Shown: piece by piece, positions 14,878 through 28,600 of the stretch | Layout: each line of letters starts with the position of its first letter | Numbering within the stretch: the first letter of the stretch is position 1 | From: Octopus vulgaris | Lineage: Eukaryota | Assembly: GCA_951406725.2 (NCBI GenBank) | Contig: OX597817.1 | Coordinates: forward strand, 167,586,001 to 167,650,000 | Reading direction: 5' to 3' | DNA length: 64,000 bases | Notes under the pieces: generated by a model | What the model saw: only the letters and a program-made list of their open reading frames with translations | Databases searched by the model: none | Told to the model about the DNA's origin: nothing | Position numbers and translations under genes: made by a program

Positions 14878-15021
<144 letters not shown>

Positions 15022-15052
15022 GTGTGTGTGTGTGTGTGTGTGCGTGTGTGTG

Positions 15053-15362
15053 TGGAGGCGCAATGGCCCAGTGGTTAGGGCAGCGGACTCGCTGTCGGAG
15101 GATCGTGGTTTCGATTCCCAGACCGGGCGTTGTGTGTGTTTATTGAGCGAAAACACCTGAAACTCCACGAAGCTCCTGCAGGGGGTGGTGGCGACCCCTG
15201 TTGTACCTCTTTCGCCACAACTTTCTCCCACTCTCTCTTCTTGTTTCTTGAGTAACGCTGCGATGGACTGGCGTCCCGTCCAGCTGGGGGGGGAGGACAC
15301 ATACGCCACAGAAACCGGGAAACCGGGTCCATGAGCCAGGATAGGCTTGAAAAGGGCGCATA
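15053..15362 (+). mobile_element. SINE family C with V-domain-like body
   Basis: GGAGGCGCAATGGCCCAGTGG...GGTTTCGATTCCC...CTGCGATGGACTGGCGTCCCGTCCAG. Confidence 0.8.
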
Positions 15363-15522
15363 AATAAATTATACATACATATATACCAGAACCTCAGTCT
15401 AATAGTGACTTCCGTCTACCTGACTCACAAGCCCTGCAAAGGAATCTAGACGTTGCCCTTTACTCCTTTAACTGAATTAAAAACCATGTTCTATTACTCA
15501 TAGGCTTAAAATGATGATGATG

Positions 15523-15557
<35 letters not shown>

Positions 15558-15558
<1 letters not shown>

Positions 15559-15757
15559 TAATCCCAAGGTTTAAAACAACCTTTTTTTTATTCTTATTTT
15601 TATTTTAATTTTTTTATGTATTAGACATTCACTAGTACAACACCAAAAAAAAAAAAACCCAAATATATGGCACAGAACTTCCAACCTGTTATCTCTTGAG
15701 GTCTCTGGGTGAGACTTGGAGCCAACTTGTACAGACATAAAGCAAAAGTCAAACATA

Positions 15758-15760
<3 letters not shown>
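15558..15760 (+). mobile_element. probable 3'UTR fragment of a Dong/R4-like element in (AAT)n
   Basis: Flanked on both sides by (AAT)n; TTGAGGTCTCTGGGTGAGACTTGG resembles the 3'UTR motif at ~49195-49222. Confidence 0.4.
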
Positions 15761-15831
<71 letters not shown>

Positions 15832-15929
15832 TAATAATAATAATAATAAAATAAAAATAGGTACTGGGGTTGATTTGTTTGACTAAACCCTTCAAGGTGT
15901 GGCTCCATCGAATGAAACAAATAAAAGAT

Positions 15930-16720
15930 ATATCGGTTTCAAATTTTGGCACATTTCAGAGGAGGGGGAGTAAATCGATTACATCGACCCTAGTGCTCAA
16001 CTTGTACTTCTTTTATCGACCCCAGAAGGATAAAAGGCAATGTCAACTTCGGCGGAATTTGAACTCAGAACGTAAAGATGGACGGCGTTAGGTATTTTAC
16101 CTGATGTACTAACAATTCTTATTTCTTTATTGCCCACAAGGGGCTGAACATAGAAGGGATAAACAAGGACAGACAAAGGAATTAAATCAATTACATCGAC
16201 CCCAGTGCGTAACTGGTACTTAATTTATCGACTCCGAAAGGATGAAAGGCAAAGCCGACCTCGGCGGAATTTGAACTCAGAAAGTAACGGCAGACAAAAT
16301 ACCTATTTCTTTACTACTCTCAAGGGGCTATACACAGAGAGGACAAACAAGGACAGACAAACAGATTAAGTTGATTATATCGACCACAGTGCGTAACTGG
16401 TACTTATTTAATCGACCCTGAAAGGATGAAAGGCAAAGTCGACCTCGGCGGAATTTGAACTCAGAACGTAACGGCAGACAAAATACCTATTTCTTTACTA
16501 CCCACAAGGGACTAAACACAGAGAAGACAAACAAGGACAGACAAACGGATTAAGTCGATTATATTGACCCCAGTGCGTAACTGGTACTTATTTAATCGAC
16601 TCCGAAAGGATGAAAGGCAAAGTCGATCTCGGCGGAATTTGAACTCAGAACGTAACGGCAGACGAAATACCGCTAAGCATTTCGCCCGGCACGCTAACGT
16701 TTCTGCCAACTCGCCGCCTT
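15930..16720 (-). mobile_element. tandem multimer of family B SINE modules
   Basis: One head (~16680-16718) followed by three core+tail modules and a fourth core with an alternative tail. Confidence 0.8.
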
Positions 16721-17367
16721 AAGTGATTGAAACAAGTAAAAGATAAAAGATATACGCAGACATATGTGTTCCTAAATTTATTATTTGCTCTGTAAAATAT
16801 GAGAACAGCAGTTCTTAGTGAGCTGTGAACGATAGATTGGTGATTGGTGCCCTCAGTTGTTGAAGCGTAACAACCTAGAAACACGTGTCCAACGGTTTGA
16901 TGATATAAGCCATTGGTGTATTTTTTTCCCACACTTTAAGAATTTCTTTCTCGGGACAATTTCCGCATCGAAGGTCTTACCACGTTTTCGTGTATGCAAA
17001 CGTGTTAGATATATTTAACGTACACACCTGTATTTCAATTAACGCTGAATAGTGCACCTCCAATTAATATGCATGATTATATATATATAATCAGACACAC
17101 ATTCTTACACATACACACGCTCACACACACATGTAGTGTATAAAGAAGCTCAAATTCTTTTGTCCAACACTTCCTTTACTAACAGAATGTGCAACAATTA
17201 ATCCTGGGAAAATATAATTCCTAAGAGAGGCTCTTAATTGCATATAGTATATAATATTATATTACATTACTCGCGGAGTACTTCCTTTTTCTGACGACCA
17301 CAGTGTATTTACAGTATTGGTATTGATATCAATATTCGACGTAGGTGACTGGTCTACAGAGATAATC

Positions 17368-17637
17368 TGGCACTCCGTCGGTTGCGACGACGAGGGTTCC
17401 AGTTGAGCCGATCAACGGAACAGCCTGCTCCCTTAACGTAGCTCTCAGGGAGATTCAGCGTGACACAGAGTGTGATAAGGTTGGCTCTTTGAAACACAGG
17501 CACTACTCATTTTTGGCAGCTGAGAGGACTGGAGCAGCGTGAAATAAAGTGTCTTGCTCAAGGACACAACGTGTCGCCGGGAATTGAACGCACGATCATG
17601 AGCCGAATATCCTAACTCCTTAGCCACATGCCTTCAC
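17368..17637 (-). mobile_element. SINE family D
   Basis: Match to 2908-3175 and 63741-64000. Confidence 0.75.
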
Positions 17638-17944
17638 ACAGAGATAATCTACTCTCTAGGTATTAAAACACTGCAAGATTCTGAGATCATCTACATAGAA
17701 ATAATGATATTCGCACAACCGGAATAAATGTTGATGCAGTTGGGTTAAGATCATTCCAAGTAGCTTTTGAACATCGCATCGTATCACCTTGGCAGCGTCT
17801 GCTGAACAATTTGAATAACACGATATCCTACGAGTCGATAGTGAACTCTTTAAGAAATAATTCCTTCCTGAAGCCCTTCCACTGAACGGAAGGGCCAGCG
17901 TACTTACTAAAAACATGCTTATGCAAAGACATGTTTCTTTTGGC

Positions 17945-18349
17945 TCTCTTTACTCTTTTTACTCTTTTACTTGTTTCAGTCATTTGACTGCGGCCATGCT
18001 GGAGCACCGCCTTTAATCGAGCAACTCGACCCAGGGACTTATTCTTTGTAAAATAGTACTTATTCTATCGATCTCTTTTGCCGAACCGCTAAGTAACGGG
18101 GACATAAACACACCAGCATCGCTTGTCAAGCAATGCTAGGGGGACAAATACAAACATACACGAGCACATATACATACATATATATATGACGGGCTTCTTT
18201 CAGTTTCCGCCTACCAAATCCACTCACAAGGCTTTGGTCGGCCCGAGGTTATCGTAGAAGACACTTGCCCAAGGTGCCACGCAGTGGGACTGAACCCGGA
18301 ACCATGTGGTTGGTAAACAAGCTACTTACCACACAGCCACTCCTGCGCC
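17945..18349 (-). mobile_element. SINE family A, full length
   Basis: Head, B-box GGTTCAGTCCC and tail present. Confidence 0.85.
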
Positions 18350-19138
18350 TGACGTTGAATATCGTGTCACTGACGTTGAATATGGTGTCGATATTGGCAA
18401 AATTTGTTGAGCCTATTGCTGTTAATTTATGGCAAATTTCGGAGTATATACGTTTGCAATTTCAGAGAAGATAGCTATAAAATCTTGGTAAATAAAGATA
18501 CTTTGAAGTCCCTTAAAGTACAACTGAAAATGATGATCATGTCAAATTTCTGTCGAAAAACAGCACGCAACTGACATTAATGTACAACCTTCTCATATGC
18601 GGTATGACATTATAGTTAAAACCGTACACCACGCCGTCTATTTAAATAAAATGACCCTCCTGGATTATATATAGAAAATAATTCTATTGTTAAATACATA
18701 CATATGTGTCAACACTAGAAATATTAATGAAATATTACCAGCAAAACTTCTACCAAATGCAAACATATCAGACCTGATACAGTTGTTCGGAGAGAGAGAA
18801 GGAAGATTGTGTATAGACAGAAATGTCGGCTGCTAAGCAGATGTGACGACTTCTTTCAAAATCAGTACGAAGTAGAATATTTACATACAAATGCTTTGTA
18901 ATCTGTACTTTTTCAGCAAATAAAAATTCCTATTTATATATATATTATTATTGAGGCATTTAGCCATGTTTGCATATGTTTGTGGCAATCTTAAAAAGCA
19001 GGAGTTTTAAGACAAAGAAAGGCGATCATCTCGCGCATGCTTTGTAAATTCAGTCTGAAAGTAAAACAGGAAAAAAATGTGTGTCTTCTGAAGTTCGACT
19101 TGTTACTCTTCACTGTTGTTATTCAAGTTCCTGTTACA

Positions 19139-19546
19139 GGCGCAGGAGTGGCTGTGTGCTAAGTAGCTTGTTTACCAACCACATGGTTCCGGATTCAGTC
19201 CCACTGCGTGGCACCTTGGGCAAGTGTCTTCTACTATAGCCTCGGGCCGACCAAAGCCTTGTGAGTGGATTTGATAGACGGAAACTGAAAGAAGCCAATC
19301 ATATATGTATGTATATATGTGTGTGTGTATATGTTTGTGTATCTGTGTTTGTCCCCCCAACATCGCTTGACAACCGATGCTGGTGTGTTTACGTCTCCGT
19401 AACTTAGCGGTTCAGCAAAAGAGACCGATAGAATAAGTACTAAGCTTACAAAGAATAAGTCCTGGGGTCGATTTGCTCGACTAAAGGCGGTGCTCCAGCA
19501 TGGCCACGGTCAAATGACTGAAACAAGTAAAAGAGTAAAAGAGAGA
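19139..19546 (+). mobile_element. SINE family A, full length
   Basis: GGCGCAGGAGTGGCTGTGTG...GTAAAAGAGTAAAAGAG. Confidence 0.85.
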
Positions 19547-19724
19547 GAGTTACAGAGCTGGGTTACTTTGTTAGAGACAGGCTCTTCCATTATAGAAAGA
19601 ATTCCAATAATTAAAGCGGGGATACATACATACATGTACATACATACAAATATGCAAATATACATACATATTTACATATATACATAAATACTTGTGCATA
19701 CATGTAATGGCATATACACACATG

Positions 19725-20235
19725 AATTTACTACATATGTGGAAAATCGCTGTGTGTTTGTTTGTGGTGTTGTTAGCTCACACCTCCTCCATTGTTCTAT
19801 TGATTTTGATGAAACTTGACAGGTGAGGAGAACTCATGTCTAGAAACTTCGTGACATGCTTAGATTGTTGAAAAAATCGAAGGAACCTTTATATCTGCCT
19901 CATATAACAATTTTTTTTTAAACACACAAGGGAAATAACCCATAGTACCTGTACAATATTTTTTAAACACTCAAGGGAAATATCCCATTTCATTGTTTAT
20001 GTTCGATTACTTTGAATATTGATTTTTTGTGTGTCCTATTTCTAATTTTTACAGACAATATCACTTTTATACTTTATTTGACACGTGAGTAGAACTTATG
20101 TCTGGCAACCTCGTGACATACTTAGATTGTTGAAAAGAATCGATTATAAGGCCCTTCCAATCGATCCTTCTATCTACTACATACTAATATTCTATTTAAA
20201 CAACCCAAGGGAAATATCCCATACCACCTGCAGAT
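19725..20235 (+). mobile_element. possible non-autonomous Helitron/Helentron-like element with internal duplications
   Basis: GATTTTGATGAAACTTG motif after a GT-rich tract; 19818-19880 is repeated at 20078-20140; CAAGGGAAATA occurs three times. Confidence 0.35.
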
Positions 20236-21157
20236 TTTAGTGAAGCGATCAATATTTGATTCTCACAATCAGCCGACCTAATTCTGCATTTCTCTTCTCA
20301 CAGTTTTGAACTGCTAAACATCATTATTGCATCTCCTTAATTTGAATCTTAAACCTTAAAGACTTCAGTCATACATTTCTATACATACATACTTTTTTTA
20401 ATGCCCCTTACTCCGATAACACTTCATTTTTACAGTTACACTTTTTCCATGACAGTAGATAAATTTTATATTCCGCAACATATCTGTAATAGCTTCATGC
20501 ATGCGTAGCGTGGATTCGATCCTCGATTGCCAAATTTTACTTAACACTTGAACAGCGCTCTTCTCGCAGTGAAACAATAGTTTTTCTGTGAATGACAGCA
20601 GTTATACATTTCCCAGATGCCTTCGCTAAGCAGAATAATATCTTTGCCTCTCGCCAACCTCCGACAACTTCTCTCGCAAACCTCCAACAATCTCTTCCTC
20701 CTCCTCCAGCTGAAAGCTATTTGTACTTTATCGTGACGAAAAATACACCCTTTGCGCCAGTTATAACGAAATTGCTTTTCTTGTAACAGACTTATAATGC
20801 GTTTCAAGGAGAAGGAGGAGGAGGGGGGGAAGAGGGGAGAAGGAAAAGAAAGCTGTAAATCATGGTGGTAGATGGAGTAGATTGTTAAGGGTGATACTGA
20901 GTGACCTCACAGCTATTCTACCTGTTGTGGCATCTGTAATAGTAACGCGGGGTGGGGACGTTGTCATATACCTGTAAGATGGTGGGGAAGCGGGAGACGG
21001 TCTGTTGAAGCAGGTTGGAGCGGAAGTACAGACTGCTATTTAAAGCATATCTCGTGATTACAGGAAGGCAGGCTTCAACAGCCGGACAGGCAAACAGACA
21101 GATGACGATAAAAATATAGATAAATCGAAAGACGTGCCCACATATGTTTTCATACGG

Positions 21158-21216
<59 letters not shown>

Positions 21217-21423
21217 GCGCACAGACACACAAACACACACACACACACACACACATATGCGCACAGACACACAAACACACACACACACACACACACTCAC
21301 ACACAAACACACAAACAAACACACACACACACACACACACACACAGGCACACATGCGCACACACACACAAACATACACATACACACACACACACACACAG
21401 AGGCACACATGCGCGCACACACA

Positions 21424-21474
<51 letters not shown>

Positions 21475-21769
21475 ATGCGCACAGACACACAAACACACAC
21501 AACATAGGTTAGTGAAGTTTATGTATTTAGAGACGAAAAAATAGTATTCAACATACAAAGTGAAGTTTGAATATTCTATGAGTAACTGAAGCTTCTTGAA
21601 TTGTTACTCTGAGTTTCATGATTAAAGAAGTGAAGCAGTGTGACAGCATATAAGCAAAAATATTCATAAGCACATCTAAATATGATTAACCAACGGAATT
21701 TGGCAGGTTGCCAAAAAACAAAAAAAGACTGCTAGAAAATGCTGAAGCTTTCATCTACTCTGCCCATAT

Positions 21770-22160
21770 ACTCTTTTACTTGTTTCAGTCATTTGACTGT
21801 GGCCATGCTGGAGCACCGCCTTTTAGTCGAGCAAATCGATCCCAGGACTTATTCTTAGTAAACCTAGTACTTATTCTATCGGACTCTTTTGCCGAACCGC
21901 TAAGGTACGAGGAAGTAAACACACCAACATCGGTTGTCAAGCGATGTTGGGGGAACAAACACAGACACACAAACATATGCACACACACACATATATATAC
22001 ATATACATATATACCACGAGCTTCTTTCAGTTTCCGTCTACCAAATACACTCACAAGGCTTTGGTCGGCCCGAGGCTATAGTAGAAGACACTTGCCCAAG
22101 GTGCAACGCAGTGGGACTGAACCCGGAACCATGTGGCTGGTAAGCAAGCTACTTACCACA
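21770..22160 (-). mobile_element. SINE family A
   Basis: Match to the family. Confidence 0.85.
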
Positions 22161-22426
22161 TAACTATTAATGATAAGGGTATAGCCGTGATAATGTGGTA
22201 AATTTGGTTCTTAACTATATGGTTCCGGATTCAGATCCCCTGCTTGGGCCCTTCAAATGTCTTCTACTAAAGTTCTGGGCTGACCAAAATCATGTGGATG
22301 GATTGGGGCTAGTCTTTTACCAATAAACTAATATTTGGGGATGGTCATTTTACCAATAAAGGCATACACTATTTATTCGCTTTACTTTTATCATTTGTTT
22401 ATTTGTTGGAGTTCTTTCGTCATATA

Positions 22427-22750
22427 CCGTAAATCCTCGAGTATAGTCCGCCCTTGAGTATAATACGCAGGAGATTTTTAGGGGGCTGTACCTCTGAAAA
22501 TCCTAAACCTTGTGTATAACACGCACTCCTTCTCTAACTTGAGTCGTGCATAATTAAGCCAGCAGCACCTACTCGAACAAACACTTCCGCGCATGCGTAA
22601 TGCAATAATGGTGATGTTCTTAACTGTTATATGGGAATGTAAATATGTTTGCAAATTGTTTTTGTTACATGTTACTCTGTGTTCTGAATACTTTTATTTT
22701 AATAAATGTTGCTTGGTATGGAGGATTCTTTTATGGCTTCATTGCTTTCA
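22427..22750 (+). mobile_element. Tc2/pogo-like MITE, left part
   Basis: TA-CCGTAAATCCTCGAGTATAGTCCGC TIR; homologous to 62681-63191. Confidence 0.7.
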
Positions 22751-23101
22751 GAAGAAGAAGAAGAAGAAGGTCTATACGAGATGATTTCTCAGGATGAGTG
22801 TTTGTCCCTTCTCGAACCATGCCTGGCTCATAAGGGCCGGTTTTCCCGGTTTCATTGGCGTATAGGTTCCCCACCTGGACGGGACGCCGGTCCATCGCAG
22901 GTGAGCTACAAGATGTAGGAGGAAAGCGTGAGAGAAAGTTGTGGCGAAAGAGTCAGCAGAAGTTCGCCATTACCTTCTGCCGGAGCCGCGTGGAGCTTAA
23001 GTGTTTCGCTCATCAACACACACATCACCCGGTCTGAGATTCGAACCCGCGATCCTTCGACCGCAACTCCGCTGCTCTAACCACTGGGCCATGTGCCTCC
23101 A
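22751..23101 (-). mobile_element. SINE family C with V-domain-like body
   Basis: Close match to 13853-14149. Confidence 0.8.
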
Positions 23102-23295
23102 CTCTCAGGCTGATTACTGCAGCTTACGGTGTCGTTTAAAACAACACATCCGCCGGGGCTAACTTTGCCTTTCATCCTTTAGGGATCACTGGGGTCGATT
23201 TAACCGACTAACCCTCTCCTCCGAAATCGTTGGCCTTGTGCCAAAACTGAAAGCTAATATAAACATTGCTTCAGTCACTGTCAAACCCACTGCAT

Positions 23296-23697
23296 TACTC
23301 TTACTCTTATACGTGTTTCAGTCATTTGACTGCGGCCATGCTGGAGCACCGCCTTTAGTCGAGCAAATCGACCCCAGGACTTATTCTTTGTAAAATAGTA
23401 CTTATTCTATCAGTCTCTTTTGCCGAACCGCTAAGTGACGGGGGACGTAAACACACCAGTATCGGTTGTCAAGCGATGTTGGGGAGACAAACACAGACAC
23501 ACAAACATATACACACACGCACATATATACATATATACGATGGGCTTCTTGCAGTTTCCGTCTACCAAATCCACTCACAAGGCTTTGGTTGGCCCGAGGC
23601 TATAGTAGAAGACACTTGCCCATGGTGCCACGCAGTGGGAATGAACCCGGAACCATGTGGTTGGTAAGCAAGCTACTTATCACACAGCCACTCCTGC
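23296..23697 (-). mobile_element. SINE family A
   Basis: Match to the family. Confidence 0.85.
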
Positions 23698-23917
23698 ACA
23701 AAATATTTATTGTTCCATAAATGATGCTCCATAGATGACTTCTTTATACAATAACAGAATATTCTGCTTTATATGAGAGCAGAATATTCTATGCTGTCGA
23801 TAAGGTAAGTAAATTTTGTAGGTCTTCGCTGACGAGACGAACTCGATTTTTTTCCGTACATCGAAAGCATAGAAACCACTCTTTCTGCACATGGGAAATA
23901 TAGAAGGAATTTGTTTA

Positions 23918-24350
23918 TTTATTATATAAAATCCGTTCTGTCTGTCTGTGTGTGTCTTCTAAGATCTCGGGCATCCTCCATCCGATTGCGCTCAAATTTG
24001 ATATGTAGATACCGACAGTATCAGGGGATCTAAGGCGGCGACCTGGCAGAAACGTTAGCACGCTGGGCGAAATGCGTAGCCGTATTTCGTCTGCCGTTAC
24101 GTTCTGAGTTCAAATTCCACCGAGGTCGACTTTGCCTTTCATCCTTTCAGGGTCGATTAAATAAGTACCAGTTACTCACTGGGGTCGATATGATCGACTT
24201 AATCCGTTTGTCTGTCCTTGTTTGTCCTCTCTGTGTTTAGCCCCTTGTGGGTAGTAAAGAAATAGGTATCAGAGCGTGTATAAGTCTTGAAAAAATTACT
24301 AAAATCGATTCCAGGTGAGAATGCGATCGATAAAGCCGTGGGAACGTGCA
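23918..24350 (+). mobile_element. Helitron/DINE-like non-autonomous element interrupted by a family B SINE (24033-24265)
   Basis: TATATAAAA..(TCTG)n..CCGATTGCGCTCAAATTTG; GTATCAG flanks the inserted SINE. Confidence 0.45.
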
Positions 24351-24587
24351 TTTGTAAAATCGTTTTTCTTCGAATAGAAGAAAGTCTATCTTTATTTCCT
24401 CTTTTGCTGGTGTCTCAAATTTAGGTTAAATCAGTGTTTCTCAAAGGGGAGGCCTATGGGACGGTTGGACAAGTTGTTTTGAGAAAATTTGGTTTAAATG
24501 TTTGATAACTCAGCACCGTCCATTGGACGGGGGGGGCGTTTTGCTCGTATTCTTATAATTTCCTAGCAAAGTTAAGGCTTTCTAACG

Positions 24588-24629
<42 letters not shown>

Positions 24630-24889
24630 TTGACATCACTCCACTAACAGTGTCAACTGGTAGCTGACCATTGCCTACAACTGAAAAACCTTCAGCAAAC
24701 TGCGATATTTAGACTGTTTTTTTTTAAGTGAGACTCTGATTTTAGCAGAAAGATGAAATTGTTCCTTTCATCTCCAAATACAGATTTCTTTGAAGTATTT
24801 CTTAACTCAACAGCAAGCCTACCCTTTTGGGGTGACGGATATAATTTGCCTGATATGAGACTGTGACTGCCTCCCACAGTGATGTTAGT

Positions 24890-25286
24890 ATTCTTTTCTA
24901 CGCTAGGCACAAGGCCCGAAATTTTGAGGGAAGGAGCCAGTCGATTAGATTGACCCCAGTACACAACTGGTATTTAATTTATCGACCCCGAAAGGATGAA
25001 AGGCAAAGTCGACCTCGGCGGAATTTGAACTCAGTAAAGAAAGACGAAATACCTATTTCTTTATTACCCACAAGGGGCTAAACACAGAGGGGACAAACAA
25101 GGACAGACATAGGTATTAAGTCGATTACATCGATCCCAGTGCGTAACTGGTACTTAATTTATCGACCCCGAAAGGATGAAAGGCAAAGTCGACCTCGGCG
25201 GAATTTGAACTCAGTACGTAAAGACAGACGAAATACCGCTAAGCATCTCGCCCGGCGTGCTAACGTTTCTGCCAGCTCGCTGCCTT
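24890..25286 (-). mobile_element. family B SINE dimer
   Basis: head-core-tail1-core-tail2 arrangement. Confidence 0.8.
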
Positions 25287-25779
25287 ACCTCTGAGATTTT
25301 GTAAGACACAAACGAAAACCTCAAATGCAAGTCTGTGAGACAATACGCACTCGCTTTATGCTTTCAGCATAGTTTGCTTCAAGATCTCTGCCTCTCCACA
25401 TCCTTTGGCAATATCACACACAGGCCTTATCGCTGAGTGCTAAGTTGAGTAGCAACTCAAAAGTAAAATGAGCAATCTTTCCACCTGTGAGCAAAGATGC
25501 AACAATTCTAGATAAGGACATTGCAACAGAAATCTACTTGTGTGAGCGAATTTTGTCAAAATTAAATTGATAAAAATAGTTGTGCTTGCTACACTAGAAG
25601 CATCAAGGAAAACTATTTCTCTCGAGTCAAATGTCAAAAATTGTTAAGTATTTTTAAAATTTAGGTAAATTTTTTATCATGAGCCAAGTATAATTCATTT
25701 TGGTGGACATACTATTCCAGTTGTTGAATGCCATAGCTGTTGTCTAAAGAATCTCTCAACTGTGAGTTGCAGCTGCGGT

Positions 25780-26443
25780 CTTCTTCTTCTTCTTCTTCTT
25801 CTTCTTCTTCTTCTTCTTCTTCTTCTTCTTCTTCTTCTTCTTCTTCTTCTTCTTCTTCTTCTTCTTCTTCTTCTTCTTCTTCTTCTTCTTCTTCTTCTTC
25901 TTCTTCTTCTTCTTCTTCTTCTTCTTCTTCTTCTTCTTCTTCTTCTTCTTCTTCTTCTTCTTTTCAGGATTCGTGCCTTTAGCCACAAAGAATAATCTCT
26001 AATTCGAGCCTACTCTAAGCTACTAAGAATACGTGTGGCAACTTGAAGATCCACCCACCACATGCAATAGACTGGTGGTTGCACGGGTGCGAAAGCAACG
26101 TCGTTATCCTCATTCCGTAAATGGTGGCTTTTAACGGGTGGAGAGCTGAATCATCCTGGGGTACAGAGGATTCGCAATCTAGACTAGGGTCTGAACGTTT
26201 ACCACACCATAGTGGGTTACACCATGGTTCCTCTGCTTTGTGGCAGAAGTAGGAAGAAAGAGTGAGAGAATGTTGTGGTGAAAGAGTACAGTGGGGTTCA
26301 CTCCCCACCCTCGCGTAGGAGCCTCGTGGAGCTTAGGTGTTTTTGCTCAATAAATACTCACAATGCCCGGTCTGGAAATTGAAACCACGTACTTTACGAC
26401 CTCGAGTCCGCTGCCCTAACCACTGGGCTATTGCGCCTCCACC
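25780..26443 (-). mobile_element. C-head SINE with a distinct body and expanded (GAA)n tail
   Basis: TSD GCAGCTGCGGT at 25769-25779 and 26444-26454; pure (TTC)n at 25780-25962. Confidence 0.8.
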
Positions 26444-27067
26444 GCAGCTGCGGTTGGTCTAGAGCTAGCAGTCCACATTGTTCAAGATCTTCACCAGTTA
26501 TGCGCTTTACAGTATTTTCAATGAGGATCAATGCTTGGTTATACATGGCAGAGGTAAACACCACGTGTGCTTATGTTTTTAATCTTATTGTTGATACAGT
26601 ATGTCTTCTATTATGCTCACCAATTAATTACACCAAAGTTACCGAGGACCAGATGGTGAACAGGTGGAGATAATGATAGCGAAGAGGTTTCTCATTTTGT
26701 TTCGAGAATTGCTTAGAAGAGGCTGCGAGAATGCAGCCTCTTCAAAGATACTGTTCCGTTTTGCATCGTATTCCAAGAGGTATCTACTCTGGTAAGATTA
26801 GCAGCGTGTTGCACAGGCATATCAAACAACATTTTTGAGGTTCTGGAATAAGACTGGACCATACATAAATAGGTTATTAAAATACTTCCTTTAAAATTCA
26901 TATCTTCAAAAAGTTAGTACGCGGTTTCAGATACCACGGAATGAATTATTCTTTCAGCGATTCACAATTAAATTTGAACGCATTAATATCATACTATGCT
27001 CACTTAAAATGCTCTTTCGGTATCAGTAACGATATCGGGAAACAATAAATACATGCCACACGAAATA

Positions 27068-27278
27068 TACGAGAGGTTGCTGAAAGGTTCTTGGCTTTGG
27101 GTAAAAGAAAATACATGAGGATCAGTTACGATTTGATTCAACATATTCTCCTCGGATTCACACACTTATTGCAGCGGTCCTTCAGTTGTTCTAGGCTCTG
27201 TAAAAGAACTCGGGAAATCGGGCCTCCAACCAGGCCTTTCGCGATCCTCTTAAAGCCAAGAACTTTTCATCGCCCCAC
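27068..27278. mobile_element. mariner-derived MITE
   Basis: TIR-like GCTGAAAGGTTCTTGGCTTT / AAAGCCAAGAACTTTTCATC; minus strand gives transposase end LEQLKDRCNKCVN..GEYVE. Confidence 0.7.
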
Positions 27279-27300
27279 ACACCCACGAACAGTATATATT

Positions 27301-27530
27301 TCTTTACTACCCACAAGGGGCTAAACACAGAGGGAACAAACAAGGACAGACATAGGTATTAAGTCGATTACATCGACCCCAGTGCGTAACTGGCACTTAA
27401 TTTATCGACCCCGAAAGGATGAAAGGCAAAGTCGACCTCGGCGGAATTTGAACTCAGAACGTAACGGCAGACGAAATACCGCTAAGCATTTCGCCCGGCG
27501 CGCTAACGTTTCTGCCAGCTCGCCGCCTTT
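27301..27530 (-). mobile_element. SINE family B with 17-bp TSD
   Basis: CACGAACAGTATATATT on both sides. Confidence 0.85.
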
Positions 27531-28072
27531 CACGAACAGTATATATTGGAACACTGTCTTTATTAAAACAATTCCTATCATCAAAGCAATTTCAAATACA
27601 GGTACAAAACCATGAGCCTGACACTGGAGGTCCGGAACCTTTTATAAACCATATTAATTTACAAACAGGAACTTCACATTCCCGTGGCCGCCAGACTAGT
27701 TTACTGGGAAGCCCTGTTTCAGATCTCTGCATGGTACAATGTTAATAAACCTGCTTTATTTATACTAATGTACAAACATCTGTATTTCACTTATATTTTT
27801 AAGTAAATTTAATTTTTATTTAATTCAGAGGTGAGCACCATTTATTCGCAAAAGTCAATAATCAGGAAAGACTTTGGAATGAAATGTACCTGAAAATCGA
27901 TGTTGCACCTGTACCATCGTTTTTCGTTCTACCTGCCGCCGAACAACTGTGTGGAACAACAAGCATCGTTAGAAGAAACATGTGTTTCCTGTTCATCTGT
28001 CGGTTTACAAGCTGCTGTAACTACAAGGATATGTTGTGCAGAAGCGCAGGCGTGGCTGTGTGGTAAGAAGCT

Positions 28073-28147
<75 letters not shown>

Positions 28148-28151
<4 letters not shown>

Positions 28152-28549
28152 TGATCAAAATAAAAATAAAATAAAACATGATGCGAAGGATTCAGCGGTA
28201 CATATGTTTCGGGCCTTTATTAGACAGATTTATAACAATGCATAATGTATGTCTGTGGCCTTCTTCAGCCGCGCACAACAGCTTCCGCAAGGACATGTGT
28301 TACATCAAAAATTCTTGGTTGGGGATTTTTGATGTAACACATGTCCTTGCGGAAGCTGTTGTGCGCGGCTGAAGAAGGCCACAGACATACATTATGCATT
28401 GTTATAAATCTGTCTAATAAAGGCCCGAAACATATGTACCGCTGAATCCTTCGCATCATGTTTTTATTTTATTTTGATCAATTTACTCCACCACCTACAC
28501 CACCAAACGGTATACACAGGTGCTTATAATTATCAAGTACTCACCCCGA

Positions 28550-28554
<5 letters not shown>
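28148..28554 (+). mobile_element. Penelope-like fold-back element in (TA)n
   Basis: ~155-bp near-perfect inverted repeat centred at ~28315, tail ending GAATTTC-(TA)n, hammerhead inside. Confidence 0.75.
28365..28442 (+). ncRNA. type-I hammerhead ribozyme
   Basis: gcgg-CTGAAGA-AGGCC..long stem II..GGCCC-GAAA-C(ATAT)G-TA-ccgc; mirror copy on the minus strand at ~28195-28272. Confidence 0.75.

Positions 28555-28597
<43 letters not shown>

Positions 28598-28600
<3 letters not shown>

Noticed and set aside
15053-15125. tRNA genes at SINE heads
   Set aside because: A/B boxes are present, but I could not fold a complete cloverleaf and each continues into a SINE body
17656-17916. Unique-sequence ORFs (also 26713-26901, 27884-28066, 30174-30380, 63244-63718)
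   Set aside because: Short, with no recognisable domains or consistent splice signals
20918-21110. Possible minus-strand exon (YMTTSPPRVTITDATT)
   Set aside because: Weak donor site, no recognisable homology, no partner exons
26706-26733. Perfect 11-bp hairpin GAAGAGGCTGC/GCAGCCTCTTC
   Set aside because: Too short for a pre-miRNA and has no supporting context
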